Source: a virus. Taken from it: DNA of 64,000 bases. How positions within the stretch are numbered: position 1 is the first letter of the stretch; every line of letters starts with the position of its first letter. The stretch spans positions 5,860 through 69,859 of the IMG/VR virus record IMGVR_UViG_3300012210_000006; one strand, written 5' to 3'. Below, piece after piece: positions 54,864 through 63,748 of the stretch. The translations under genes were made by a program, and so were the position numbers. The notes beneath the pieces were generated by a model that saw only the letters and a list, made by a program, of their open reading frames with translations, was not told the origin of the DNA and ran no database searches.

Positions 54864-56237
54864 TTATTTTTTATCCTTTTCTTTGTTTACAATCTTTGGA
54901 TATGAAGCACCGGGAACAAGAGAGTATGTATTCGGTAGGGAATCTTCAATCTCTTGTGCTTTTATAGGATTCGTTTGTCGTAATTTTTTAATTTCTTCCT
55001 CAATCTTTATTTGTGATAAACTTGCATGTTTTACGAAGAAATCTATTCCTAGTAATTCAGCAAGTTTCTTATTATTGTAATCTTTATTTTGAACATGCGT
55101 CATTTTTATATCTTTGCCGATTGAATCCAAGGAAATTCGCTCTTGATGCTCTTGTTGCATCCAATTGCGAATCACGGAATTAATTTGCTTACAACGGTCT
55201 TCCGCATATTTCTTAACAGTATTATACTTTTCATGCTCTTCCCAAATCTTATTCCAATCGACATCTCCTGTCAAGTTCACCTGTGAGGAATACAACATCA
55301 TCTTTTCAAATGTTTTACAAACTTCCTTACGATGACACCATGCACACCATTTATTTTGTTTTTCTTGTGTAATTATGTAAGTTTCTTTTTCTTGTGTCGT
55401 TTTCAGCTTATCATACTCAATCCAAGTATTTACCATTTGTTGAGATATATTTTTGATATAATCAATCGTTGTTTGATGATCGAATTCACTTTCTTCGATC
55501 GAAACACAGGTTCCTTGTGCAATATATTCCCAAAGTCCTAAAATATTTTTAACGATATATCCTTGTTCTTCCAGAATCGGAACAAGTATTAAACGACAAT
55601 ACAGCATATATAATGCACATTGAATATTCTCAGTAACAAGTTCTTCTTTTGTAGAAGCCCATCCTGTTTTTTTGTCGATCAAGAGTAATGTTATATTTTT
55701 CGGATTTTGTAATTCTGCAATAATTGATAATTCATCAATCGCTCCCATGCACGGAAGGCACCATGAATGATGTTGAAATAAGTTTCCATCTGTATCTATA
55801 AGTTTTTGTTCTACATTCAATATTTGTTTATTCTGAATAGGAATTTTAGGATGGAAATTATTCATGCGAAACATTTGTTCACATTTATTTTTCGCATCTT
55901 TAAACATTGAGAATGATTCGGCGAATCGTTCCTCTTGACAAACCTGCTCGAAGCAAATCATCATTTGTTCTAGGGATTGTGTGTTCCAATTGTTTTCTGG
56001 TTTATAAAATTTTTCTGAAACGGCATGCACAATAGACCCAACGTCTGCTTTTTCGTTCTTTTGTTGGAGTTTAAATTCTGGATCATATCGTGTCAGATAT
56101 CGCGCAGGACATTCGGAATAGTTTTGAGCTGCACTCGCGCTATTATGTTTAATCACAGAATTTATTACTCCAATGTGCGGGACCATTATTGAGGAAATTA
56201 TGCAATGATCGTTCACATCTATTATTAAACATTGCAA
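54864..56237 (-). CDS. Cas4-like PD-(D/E)xK exonuclease with 4-Cys cluster
   Basis: ECP, GSIVH, GAIDEL, IDKKTG, QCALY, WCAWCHRKEVC; the real start may be 56186. Confidence 0.8.
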   Translation of the reverse strand: MQCLIIDVNDHCIISSIMVPHIGVINSVIKHNSASAAQNYSECPARYLTRYDPEFKLQQKNEKADVGSIVHAVSEKFYKPENNWNTQSLEQMMICFEQVCQEERFAESFSMFKDAKNKCEQMFRMNNFHPKIPIQNKQILNVEQKLIDTDGNLFQHHSWCLPCMGAIDELSIIAELQNPKNITLLLIDKKTGWASTKEELVTENIQCALYMLYCRLILVPILEEQGYIVKNILGLWEYIAQGTCVSIEESEFDHQTTIDYIKNISQQMVNTWIEYDKLKTTQEKETYIITQEKQNKWCAWCHRKEVCKTFEKMMLYSSQVNLTGDVDWNKIWEEHEKYNTVKKYAEDRCKQINSVIRNWMQQEHQERISLDSIGKDIKMTHVQNKDYNNKKLAELLGIDFFVKHASLSQIKIEEEIKKLRQTNPIKAQEIEDSLPNTYSLVPGASYPKIVNKEKDKK

Positions 56238-56327
56238 TAATAAACCAAGGAAAGAAAAATAAACATAAACACAGTATCCTGATTAGCATTAATGGTATAC
56301 CAATGAGAATAATTTTTCCTGTGTAAG

Positions 56328-56501
56328 TCATCTCCAATTTATCTTTCTAGCATAACCAGCAAGTTTGTTTTTGATACGATTTATTTTGCGCCGTTTCGCG
56401 CCCATACCTTTATCAAATTGGCGATAGATATTAAGAATTTTCAAACGATCTTGCTCTTTTTGAGTACGCTGTTGTTTTTCGATAAAATCAATGTCTTTCA
56501 T
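56328..56501 (-). CDS. 57-aa basic hypothetical protein
   Basis: Gap-filling ORF with ATGA overlaps. Confidence 0.5.
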   Translation of the reverse strand: MKDIDFIEKQQRTQKEQDRLKILNIYRQFDKGMGAKRRKINRIKNKLAGYARKINWR

Positions 56502-56701
56502 TGTACTTCCTCAAATTGTATCATTAATCTCTGTTTAGTATAATGTATATTATCCCCAGGTAAACAACTCATTGGAGAGATTGAAGTAATCCGAAATGAT
56601 TTTGCGATACCATCTTCACGGATTTCAATTATTTCACCAACAGAATCTTTACCACTCCAAGCCTGTAAAGAAGAATGTAATATTGATCCAATTTCAAACA
56701 T
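56498..56701 (-). CDS. Hypothetical protein
   Basis: TAATG coupling to thyX. Confidence 0.55.
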   Translation of the reverse strand: MFEIGSILHSSLQAWSGKDSVGEIIEIREDGIAKSFRITSISPMSCLPGDNIHYTKQRLMIQFEEVQ

Positions 56702-57591
56702 TATTTCACATATTCCTTTTCAAATGTTTTGCGATATTGCAACCATGATTCATGGAAATTCCCATTTTGTCTATTGCCGTCAAAATATGTTGGTTTTGCA
56801 ACGTGCTCGAAAGAACTCCAATGACCTGATTGCTCCAAACGAACTGCTAATTCCAAATCTTTTTTTATATCTTTTATCTCGTGATTAAGATACGAAACCC
56901 TGGCACATCTTGCAACAGAGATTCTTTTTAGATATTCAGAAGAGTAGTTATTAATATCCTCTTGAGTGATAAATGGTAAATGCCATTCATTATTATCCAA
57001 TTGAACAGGTTCGTTGTTTTCAATCACATAGCGAATCATTTCGGCAATATGCCTAATCGTAGGATCGGCAAGATCGGAACAACGAAGATGAAAAAAATTA
57101 TTCCAATTTGTAGAACTAATAACCGTCGTAATCCAGACGAACGGTTCAAGAATCCGATTGCAAATTTGTTTGTGGCAATGTATATCATTTAATCTTTTTG
57201 CTTGTTCAATTGCTAATTGACTTGATCTTATCCAATCATTTTGTGCTTGAACAATATTTTCAATATTGTCTCCACCTTGCATACCGCTTTGGTTTTTCTG
57301 CCATTTATACGGCATAGCCGGGTTATTCTGCACCTGTTTAATAATCTTTGATATTGGAATAGCGCGAGAAGAAGCAGCGTTTCGGGAAAATTCACGATGA
57401 GTCATCATCTCTGAATGTACAAAACGCGGGTATCGTGCAGTAATCGTTGTAAGGCGTGATCCAAATTTATTTATTGAATCGGCAATTACTTTTACTTCAT
57501 AACCATTAGAATCTTTCATCCAACCCAATCGTGTTCCAGGGTGACAGGTAATATTTGATTTGGTTGCTTCTTGAGAAATATAATCAAGCAT
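56701..57591 (-). CDS. thyX: Flavin-dependent thymidylate synthase
   Basis: RFVHSEMMTHREFSRNAASSRAIP, CARVSY, HWSSFEH. Confidence 0.92.
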   Translation of the reverse strand: MLDYISQEATKSNITCHPGTRLGWMKDSNGYEVKVIADSINKFGSRLTTITARYPRFVHSEMMTHREFSRNAASSRAIPISKIIKQVQNNPAMPYKWQKNQSGMQGGDNIENIVQAQNDWIRSSQLAIEQAKRLNDIHCHKQICNRILEPFVWITTVISSTNWNNFFHLRCSDLADPTIRHIAEMIRYVIENNEPVQLDNNEWHLPFITQEDINNYSSEYLKRISVARCARVSYLNHEIKDIKKDLELAVRLEQSGHWSSFEHVAKPTYFDGNRQNGNFHESWLQYRKTFEKEYVK

Positions 57592-57620
57592 TGATTAACC
57601 TACACAGTATTTCAAATATT

Positions 57621-58292
57621 CTAGTCATTGTATTTTATTTTACATTTTTGAAATGAAATTGCGGTATAAACTCCACAATCGGAACACTGATACATATAGG
57701 AGTTTCCGTCTTCCCCAAATTCTAGGGTATAATATGCTTTCATTGTTCCTGGGCAACCATTAGGACCGGGATGCAATCTAGAATTAGGACAAAGAGAATC
57801 TTGCCAAGGGCCGGGTAATACTTTCCCGTATTTCTCATCATCTTCAATTGGTTTTATTTCTTTTTGTTTTGTTGACGGTGTTTTTGTTGTCTTAATCGGT
57901 CCTGTTCCATTTTGATTAAAGGTCGATGGATTGATGGGCAATAATTTGAGACCCTGCAAGCCTGTGGGCGGCATAGGAAGTCCATTTTGCACCCCGGCCA
58001 ATCGCAAGAGAGAATTCGGTAATTTTTGCGGTTGTCCTTGCGTTTTTTGGACTGTCTCCACGACTGCCGGGCTTTTCCCGGCTTCGGATCGCGGGGGAGA
58101 ATATGCCTCCTGCATTGGGTCACAGGCAATTTCTACAAGGGTATCATCGAGAAATGCCCCGCACTCGACGCAATAAAAAAATACGCTGATTCTATTAGCC
58201 TCGTGCAAATCTTTTTCATCGCATCGAAGAGCCTGGGCATGCGAACAATCGTTCGTGCCGCTCGGGGTCGGATTTGTTGCTTCTGTTCCCAT
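57621..58292 (-). CDS. Protein with two zinc-finger-like ends and Pro-rich linker
   Basis: CSH...CVECG and CP...CPG...CSDCG; ATG 58292 lacks an SD. Confidence 0.65.
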   Translation of the reverse strand: MGTEATNPTPSGTNDCSHAQALRCDEKDLHEANRISVFFYCVECGAFLDDTLVEIACDPMQEAYSPPRSEAGKSPAVVETVQKTQGQPQKLPNSLLRLAGVQNGLPMPPTGLQGLKLLPINPSTFNQNGTGPIKTTKTPSTKQKEIKPIEDDEKYGKVLPGPWQDSLCPNSRLHPGPNGCPGTMKAYYTLEFGEDGNSYMYQCSDCGVYTAISFQKCKIKYND

Positions 58293-58298
58293 GTCATA

Positions 58299-58327
58299 TA
58301 TATAGGGATAAGTCTTCAAATCTTCTA
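58299..58327 (-). promoter_or_regulatory. Putative promoter TAGAAG-N17-TATATA (leaderless start at 58292)
   Basis: Matches 53929-53957; the -10 ends 6 nt before the ATG. Confidence 0.5.
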
Positions 58328-58419
58328 AGCTTTTTACAATTGTAAAGACCTCTTAATAAAAGTTGACAAAATGAAAATTATTTGGGAAAGTTCTATGTAA
58401 TCATAGCCAAAATGGTGAA

Positions 58420-58850
58420 CCCGCATGTAGGCCAAGATTGGGACCCGATGCCGTCACCACGTCCCCTAAATCACCCTCGAAGGGTAGCGAAAGATTAAGG
58501 GGGTTCTCGCCGGAGATCGGCTCCGAAGCAAGAGAACCATGAGACGCCTATACATATCGGAGCCCTCGCGCGCCCGCGTCATTAAACTACCATTAAGAGC
58601 CCGGAAGGGCGAACAGGTTTCCTCCGTTAGGAGGAACCGCTCGTACGGAGCCAAAGCGTAGTACGCCAAAGCGCCACAACGCAAAGAACGCCGCCGACCT
58701 CGCGTTAGCGAGGTCTTAACGGCGTTCGTCACTATTATTTCATAATATTCGACCAGAGATTATGAAATAGGTTTTGAAGGGCGAAGCCCGAAAAACCTTT
58801 ATCGAAGCGGGGTGAGCGTAGCGAACCCCTTAAGCTTCGATAACTTCCTT
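58420..58850 (+). ncRNA. Highly structured GC-rich non-coding element (ncRNA or ssDNA origin)
   Basis: At least 10 near-contiguous stem-loops, e.g. 58616-58638, 58686-58727, 58736-58769, 58769-58798, 58800-58842. Confidence 0.6.
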
Positions 58851-58919
58851 CGTTTCTGAAATAAATGCGATTACCATATTTCTAAAGATTTTGCTAATGA
58901 AAGAGATTTTAAATTTGTT

Positions 58920-59255
58920 TTAAAAGAAGAAATATATTCCTTTTATTAGATAGCAAGTAAATGAGAAAATTAGGATGATGACGAGGTAGGCGCAGTATCC
59001 AAACAAAATCGTCGTAAAAATACCTAGAGCGGGTTCTGAGATGAAAAAAGCCCACCAGGTGAGACAGAACAGCCCAATTGCTACAGTGCTGAAGAAAGCA
59101 ATATATGCGATGGCTCCGATTACCCCAGGGATGCCCGTATATTCCGGTTCCGGTTCGTGTTGCCAATTCGAGAGATTCCGCCAGGCGCGATTCTTAATAA
59201 GAGAAGCGCCTGGTATATGCATGTGTTCATGGTGTCGAAGGTGTGAATGTTTCAA
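58920..59255 (-). CDS. Small membrane protein
   Basis: Two to three TM segments; start uncertain. Confidence 0.5.
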   Translation of the reverse strand: MKHSHLRHHEHMHIPGASLIKNRAWRNLSNWQHEPEPEYTGIPGVIGAIAYIAFFSTVAIGLFCLTWWAFFISEPALGIFTTILFGYCAYLVIILIFSFTCYLIKGIYFFF

Positions 59256-59399
59256 ACAATAAGACCTATTTTAAAGTATAAATCGTTTGCCTCTTTTAAG
59301 TTTTCTTCAAAGTGGCTTCCAGCTAATCTTAATACGTTTATATGGTTTTTAAGTAAAAAACACAATAATTCTTGTTCTTTAATTGTTATTTTTTTCATT

Positions 59400-59630
59400 T
59401 TAATTCTCCTCTATTATTATGTGTGAATTGAAATCTTCTGAATCTTCAATTGCTTCTGAGAAATTCTCCATCCAATTTCCGAACCATTGGTTGTTAAAAA
59501 TTTCTCCTTTGCATTCCCAATTTTCGGGATGCTCTTTTTGATCCAATTGTATTTCTTTTACAAATTTTATAATTTGTGTGGTGATTATTTTTCCGAATGT
59601 TTCTACGGAAATATTTTTTGGTTTTGACAT
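59400..59630 (-). CDS. Hypothetical protein
   Basis: Coupled to the upstream gene. Confidence 0.6.
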   Translation of the reverse strand: MSKPKNISVETFGKIITTQIIKFVKEIQLDQKEHPENWECKGEIFNNQWFGNWMENFSEAIEDSEDFNSHIIIEEN

Positions 59631-59631
59631 T

Positions 59632-60273
59632 TCATTTATCCTGTTGGAATGGAAGTGTAGAAAATACTCCTCGAAGAGTATATATGCGAGAGTATATTGT
59701 TTTAGACGAACAACCTAATGTGTATGCGATAGTGTTAACTAGATTTCCTGATATTTTTTTATTAACAGGTTTAGGGCATAACGCAATTCCATTTGTTTCC
59801 CCATACATAATGAGTTGCAGAATTTGCCGATCAAGAGGTTTTAATCTTTTGAAAATATCCTCTATATATATATTTCCTAATATTTCATGTTCGAAAGATA
59901 AAGAAAGTTTTTCTGGAAAGTTATATTCATTTTCACTAATAGGAATAAATTGTGGAACAAATTTCCTATTTAAGCGAAATTCTCTAAGTAGAAAATCTCT
60001 TATATTATATATTCCAGAAGTAATACAGTATTTTTCAGGGTCGTTTTTTCCTCGCCCGTCGTCTATTATTTTCGCCCTGTCGATACCACGATTTGCCCCT
60101 AGCATGAAATATTGCGAACATTCATTTGTTATTAGATCAAGTGTTGCGAATTGTCCAGCAATTTTCCGAGAATATGAAAAGATATAATTTTTGTTTCGCT
60201 TTGTTAATGCAATTAAAAATTCATCTCGTAGGAGATTGTTATGACGAATTTTTAATAGTTGCTCGATTGTCAT
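59632..60273 (-). CDS. Second sigma-70-like factor
   Basis: Region-2-like N-terminal half; region-4 HTH LKPLDRQILQL...IAYTLGCSSKTIYSRI. Confidence 0.7.
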   Translation of the reverse strand: MTIEQLLKIRHNNLLRDEFLIALTKRNKNYIFSYSRKIAGQFATLDLITNECSQYFMLGANRGIDRAKIIDDGRGKNDPEKYCITSGIYNIRDFLLREFRLNRKFVPQFIPISENEYNFPEKLSLSFEHEILGNIYIEDIFKRLKPLDRQILQLIMYGETNGIALCPKPVNKKISGNLVNTIAYTLGCSSKTIYSRIYTLRGVFSTLPFQQDK

Positions 60274-60503
60274 AATGTAATCTTATCGCATGAAATGATT
60301 AATCCGTTTTCATTTCTCACTTCAAGAAATGTTGAAAGTTTGAGTATAACAGAAACGCGCCAATTGTCATGTAATGCCTTTGACCAAAATTCATTAAGAA
60401 TTTTCATGCGTTTTGCTTGAGATTCGGAACAAAAAATCTTCAATAATCGACAATCAGAACATAAGCATGCATTTTCTTTTATCCCTACGCCATATCGGCA
60501 CAT
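60270..60503 (-). CDS. Hypothetical Cys-rich protein
   Basis: C...CLCSDC. Confidence 0.5.
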   Translation of the reverse strand: MCRYGVGIKENACLCSDCRLLKIFCSESQAKRMKILNEFWSKALHDNWRVSVILKLSTFLEVRNENGLIISCDKITL

Positions 60504-60904
60504 TTGAGAATTCTCCTATTAAAACCCTGAAAGCATTGTTTAGTCGCCTTAGATATGTGTGAATTTGAAATATAAAACGAGGGGAATCCGTCCCCTTCGC
60601 AAGCGTGAATTTTGTGACAGTATGTGCAACCGAGAAGAAATACAATTGGTTCTTTTCCTTTTTGTTGTTCCTTAATATTTTCGTCAATGTTTTTTGATGT
60701 TATTTCCCAAAAGTTTTCTTCTTTAGTTGACGATAAAATGATAGTGCCGAATTTCAAATGCTTTTCCCATTGATGCTGAACACGAAAAATAGTAGATTCT
60801 TCGGGTTCATTAATTGTGTGAAATTTTCTACGGGCAATAGCGAACCACTCCCATTTTGAGAATGGTTCGCCTCCGTTGTTCCAAGTGTATTTATACTGAG
60901 GCAT
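60485..60904 (-). CDS. Hypothetical protein
   Basis: 139 aa with CTYC. Confidence 0.6.
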   Translation of the reverse strand: MPQYKYTWNNGGEPFSKWEWFAIARRKFHTINEPEESTIFRVQHQWEKHLKFGTIILSSTKEENFWEITSKNIDENIKEQQKGKEPIVFLLGCTYCHKIHACEGDGFPSFYISNSHISKATKQCFQGFNRRILKCADMA

Positions 60905-60913
60905 GTTTTGTTC

Positions 60914-61183
60914 TCACTTTTCTTCCCAATTTGTTACAATTTCATTAAATTCTGAGAATCCTAAAACATCTTGAAAATGCATAGCATTCTCTCGGCAGGT
61001 TTCAAAAATTTTTAAAGCTTTTATCGAATCGGAATCATATCCGTATTCACTTGCCCAATTTTCGAAAGATATTAAAGAAGCGAATGGTCGAGAATTTTGT
61101 ATCGCATCCTTTAAAATCTCTTCGAGAGTAGGACGAATAGGCCTCCCCTGTGTGTTAATATGTACGCTTCTCTTGGAATACAC
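60914..61183 (-). CDS. Conserved-looking phage early protein
   Basis: PTLEEIL...FENWASEYGYDSDSIKA pattern recalled from phage hypotheticals. Confidence 0.6.
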   Translation of the reverse strand: MYSKRSVHINTQGRPIRPTLEEILKDAIQNSRPFASLISFENWASEYGYDSDSIKALKIFETCRENAMHFQDVLGFSEFNEIVTNWEEK

Positions 61184-61600
61184 AACTTCATACGAGCGTT
61201 CTTTTTTATGGGTGCGCGAATGATTGTTAGGCTGCGGGTAAATTTGTGCCCAATTTGTTCCATTTTCTAAGATATGTTCACACAGGTCACAACCCCCCTT
61301 CGGGATGCGAATGATTCTTACGTTGAAATGGAAAGCTTCCTTGTCCCATTTTTTCCGTTCTGTCGATACTGCGTTCGATGCGCTGATTTTCGATTAGGAT
61401 AAATCGATATTTTTTGATAACGTCTTCTGTTGAGAGCTTATCAATTTTCATTTTATTTTGTTCTTTCCAACGATCCAATTGTATTACCGTTAATATCATA
61501 ATAAAAACCAGAACATTTTCCATCATTGATTCCTTCAATGATGTTTTCTAAATTTCTGATAATTTCCCTATTAGAAGACATTCTTATGATTAGTCGCATG

Positions 61601-61891
61601 TTATTTTCCTTCTTTCTGTTTACGGGCTTGTGCAATCATCATATCCGGAGTTACTAAGGATTCAGAAGAAAAAACAACTTCCTTAAATATCTTTGGATAT
61701 TCGGCAGTTTTATGCGAAATTGATTGATGATGAGAAGTTGTGGTCGAATATTTTGTCACATTGAAGATATATCCTATTTCACTGTGAAAAGTGCGAATGC
61801 ATTGCTTATAGGAATATACATCTCCAATTGTATTCTCTCGGTATGCAGAATTGCGACCGGGTAAGCCTGTTTTTGAACACATTTTAGCCAT
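61601..61891 (-). CDS. Conserved-looking phage early protein
   Basis: SY...N.TKYSTTTSHHQS pattern; start at MAKMC. Confidence 0.6.
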   Translation of the reverse strand: MAKMCSKTGLPGRNSAYRENTIGDVYSYKQCIRTFHSEIGYIFNVTKYSTTTSHHQSISHKTAEYPKIFKEVVFSSESLVTPDMMIAQARKQKEGK

Positions 61892-61937
61892 TATTTTATC
61901 TCCCCATTGAATCCGAATGAAATATGAAAAAACGGTT

Positions 61938-62501
61938 TCACATTCTTTTCCTTTCACATTTGTTAATAAATGCTATATCTATTTTCTTTCGAACGTCGCA
62001 GGATTCCCAAAGTTCTTGCGAAAAATGCTGTCCGTGAAATAAACAAACAGAAATGCCTTCGTCTTTGGCTATTTTCACAACCGGAACAAAATCGGAATCT
62101 CCTGTTACGAGAATCGCTTTCGTTATTTTCCCTTTTATTGCAAGGGAAAGTAAATCAATTGCAAAAAGAATATCAACTTGTTTTTGAGCAAAAGAAACAA
62201 TATTGTTTTCTTTAATGCAAATAAGCTTTCCCAATCGAACCTCATACCTTGGGATATGGCGTAAAATTGTATAAAATTTATTTGCTTTATGAATTTTATC
62301 GTGCTCTTCGAATGTTGGATTAACAGGTTCAAACGGCAATGAATGATAGTAATAAGTGCGAAACAATTCTTTTTGACATAATTCTAATGAGAATTTTTCA
62401 AAATTCAATTGCTTTGCAGGGTAATCTTTCATTACTTCATTTAGGTAGCCTCCGTCAATAAAGACGGCTGTTCTATTTATCATATATTGTTTCTTCTCCA
62501 A
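61938..62501 (-). CDS. NYN-domain (LabA/DUF88) PIN-like ribonuclease
   Basis: AVFIDGGYL, QKQVDILFAID, LVTGDSDFVP, CD. Confidence 0.9.
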   Translation of the reverse strand: MEKKQYMINRTAVFIDGGYLNEVMKDYPAKQLNFEKFSLELCQKELFRTYYYHSLPFEPVNPTFEEHDKIHKANKFYTILRHIPRYEVRLGKLICIKENNIVSFAQKQVDILFAIDLLSLAIKGKITKAILVTGDSDFVPVVKIAKDEGISVCLFHGQHFSQELWESCDVRKKIDIAFINKCERKRM

Positions 62502-62532
62502 AGGAATGAGAATGAAAAGTGGAAAATCGCAT

Positions 62533-62733
62533 TCATAATTTAGGTTTATTATGATCGATATGGGATGAGTATTTTATTCCATTTACTGTTATTGTATTTC
62601 CTTTCGGAACGATACCATTGTTATACTGTGCCAACGATTCGCGGCATGTACGATAACGATAAGATGACCATTGATAATTTCTTGACATTGAATTGGATGG
62701 TCCAATATACATATCAATTTTAGGATTCTTCAT
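62533..62733 (-). CDS. Hypothetical protein
   Basis: AAGGAG RBS. Confidence 0.6.
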   Translation of the reverse strand: MKNPKIDMYIGPSNSMSRNYQWSSYRYRTCRESLAQYNNGIVPKGNTITVNGIKYSSHIDHNKPKL

Positions 62734-62778
62734 TAAAGTATTTCTCCTTTTTATCCCAATATGTTTCTTTTTCTATAT

Positions 62779-63210
62779 TTAGGCATTTGCAATAATCCCC
62801 ATTATTTCATTATATAACCAATCATAACTAATAGGGGATTGCATTTTTTCTTTGTTTGTTTCAGCCGAAAAAAATGCAATCCCGTTAATGACTTCTGAAT
62901 TTGTTGATTGACATTGAATGATCGTTCTATTGTTATTCCTTACAATTGAAACTGAAACATTTAGCAAATAGCAGTGCGAATCTTTTTCATTTGCTAAGAC
63001 ACTAATGATTTGATTATATCGAATAACGCGATTCGTTGACGATCCACATTGAATAGTTAGTTCCTGTTCGGAGTTAAATTTTCGAATCAGTCCTACATAT
63101 ATTTTGCCGTCGGCAATAAAATGAACCTGGGTGCCTATCACCCTGGGAATTTTATTGCTTGGCACGGCAGGTAAGCCGGACATACCCGCCAGGCTTGGCG
63201 AATTTTCCAT
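62779..63210 (-). CDS. Hypothetical protein, first gene after the leftward promoter
   Basis: AAGGAG RBS. Confidence 0.7.
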   Translation of the reverse strand: MENSPSLAGMSGLPAVPSNKIPRVIGTQVHFIADGKIYVGLIRKFNSEQELTIQCGSSTNRVIRYNQIISVLANEKDSHCYLLNVSVSIVRNNNRTIIQCQSTNSEVINGIAFFSAETNKEKMQSPISYDWLYNEIMGIIANA

Positions 63211-63238
63211 GTGTTAGCTCCTTTTATAGTTCTTGTAT

Positions 63239-63267
63239 TTTGTCACATTCCTGAGGAAATTGCAATA
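63239..63267 (-). promoter_or_regulatory. Putative leftward sigma70-type promoter TTGCAA-N17-(TGa)CAAAAT
   Basis: 17-nt spacer and extended -10; contains TCAGGAATGTGACA, similar to the late repeat. Confidence 0.5.
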
Positions 63268-63349
63268 CCCGCGTTTCTTCCTTATATAGGATTGTTTTTG
63301 AAACAATGTAATAAACAGGTTAAGCGAGCGAAAACAAACCCCAAAAGAC

Positions 63350-63378
63350 TTGCGAATTGAATTGAGGCATGCTAAGAT
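63350..63378 (+). promoter_or_regulatory. Rightward sigma70-type promoter TTGCGA-N17-(TGc)TAAGAT
   Basis: Near-consensus with extended -10, upstream of the 63428 ORF. Confidence 0.65.
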
Positions 63379-63427
63379 ACGTTCATCTCGCGGGTAAATA
63401 CCCGCACACTATAGGAGAGTTTTCCAA

Positions 63428-63682
63428 ATGAAATTCCATCCCAAGGGTTCCGTCTCAGTCAATGCTACGCTTATCCCGGTCGGAGCGATTCCTGGCCAAA
63501 CCGAGGCCGTTTTTCAGGTGGAGGCGGACGAACGGGCGGGTGTTGCCGCCGGGTATTACCTCGCCTCAGAATTCTTGGCGTCTTATCAGCTAGGCCCGGC
63601 GTCCGGCAAATCCACTGCTTCTTCGGTTGCGGAACGCGCCGCCGTTGAGGCGTTGACGGTTGCACCGCAGCACCATAAGTAA
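63428..63682 (+). CDS. Stand-alone GC-rich 84-aa protein
   Basis: TAGGAG RBS; own promoter and terminator. Confidence 0.7.
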   Translation: MKFHPKGSVSVNATLIPVGAIPGQTEAVFQVEADERAGVAAGYYLASEFLASYQLGPASGKSTASSVAERAAVEALTVAPQHHK

Positions 63683-63711
63683 TACGCGGGAGGAGTGAAG
63701 CCCTCGGCATA

Positions 63712-63748
63712 ATAAAAAAGCCCCTCACAGAACCAGGGGCTTTTTTAT
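63712..63748. terminator. Bidirectional rho-independent terminator
   Basis: ATAAAAAAGCCCCT-9 nt-AGGGGCTTTTTTAT. Confidence 0.9.

Noticed and set aside
54601-54864. Second gap-filling frame with an internal TAA (54739-54741)
   Set aside because: The downstream half can start at TTG 54729 as a separate ORF; same-frame adjacency has a one-in-three chance
54864-56237. CRISPR-Cas locus
   Set aside because: Only a solo Cas4-like gene; no repeat-spacer array or other cas genes are visible
58420-58850. Group I/II intron, tmRNA, RNase P RNA or tRNA cluster
   Set aside because: No interrupted gene, no P7/R-S or domain V consensus, and no T-loop/CCA tRNA-like ends recognised by eye; needs Infernal to exclude formally
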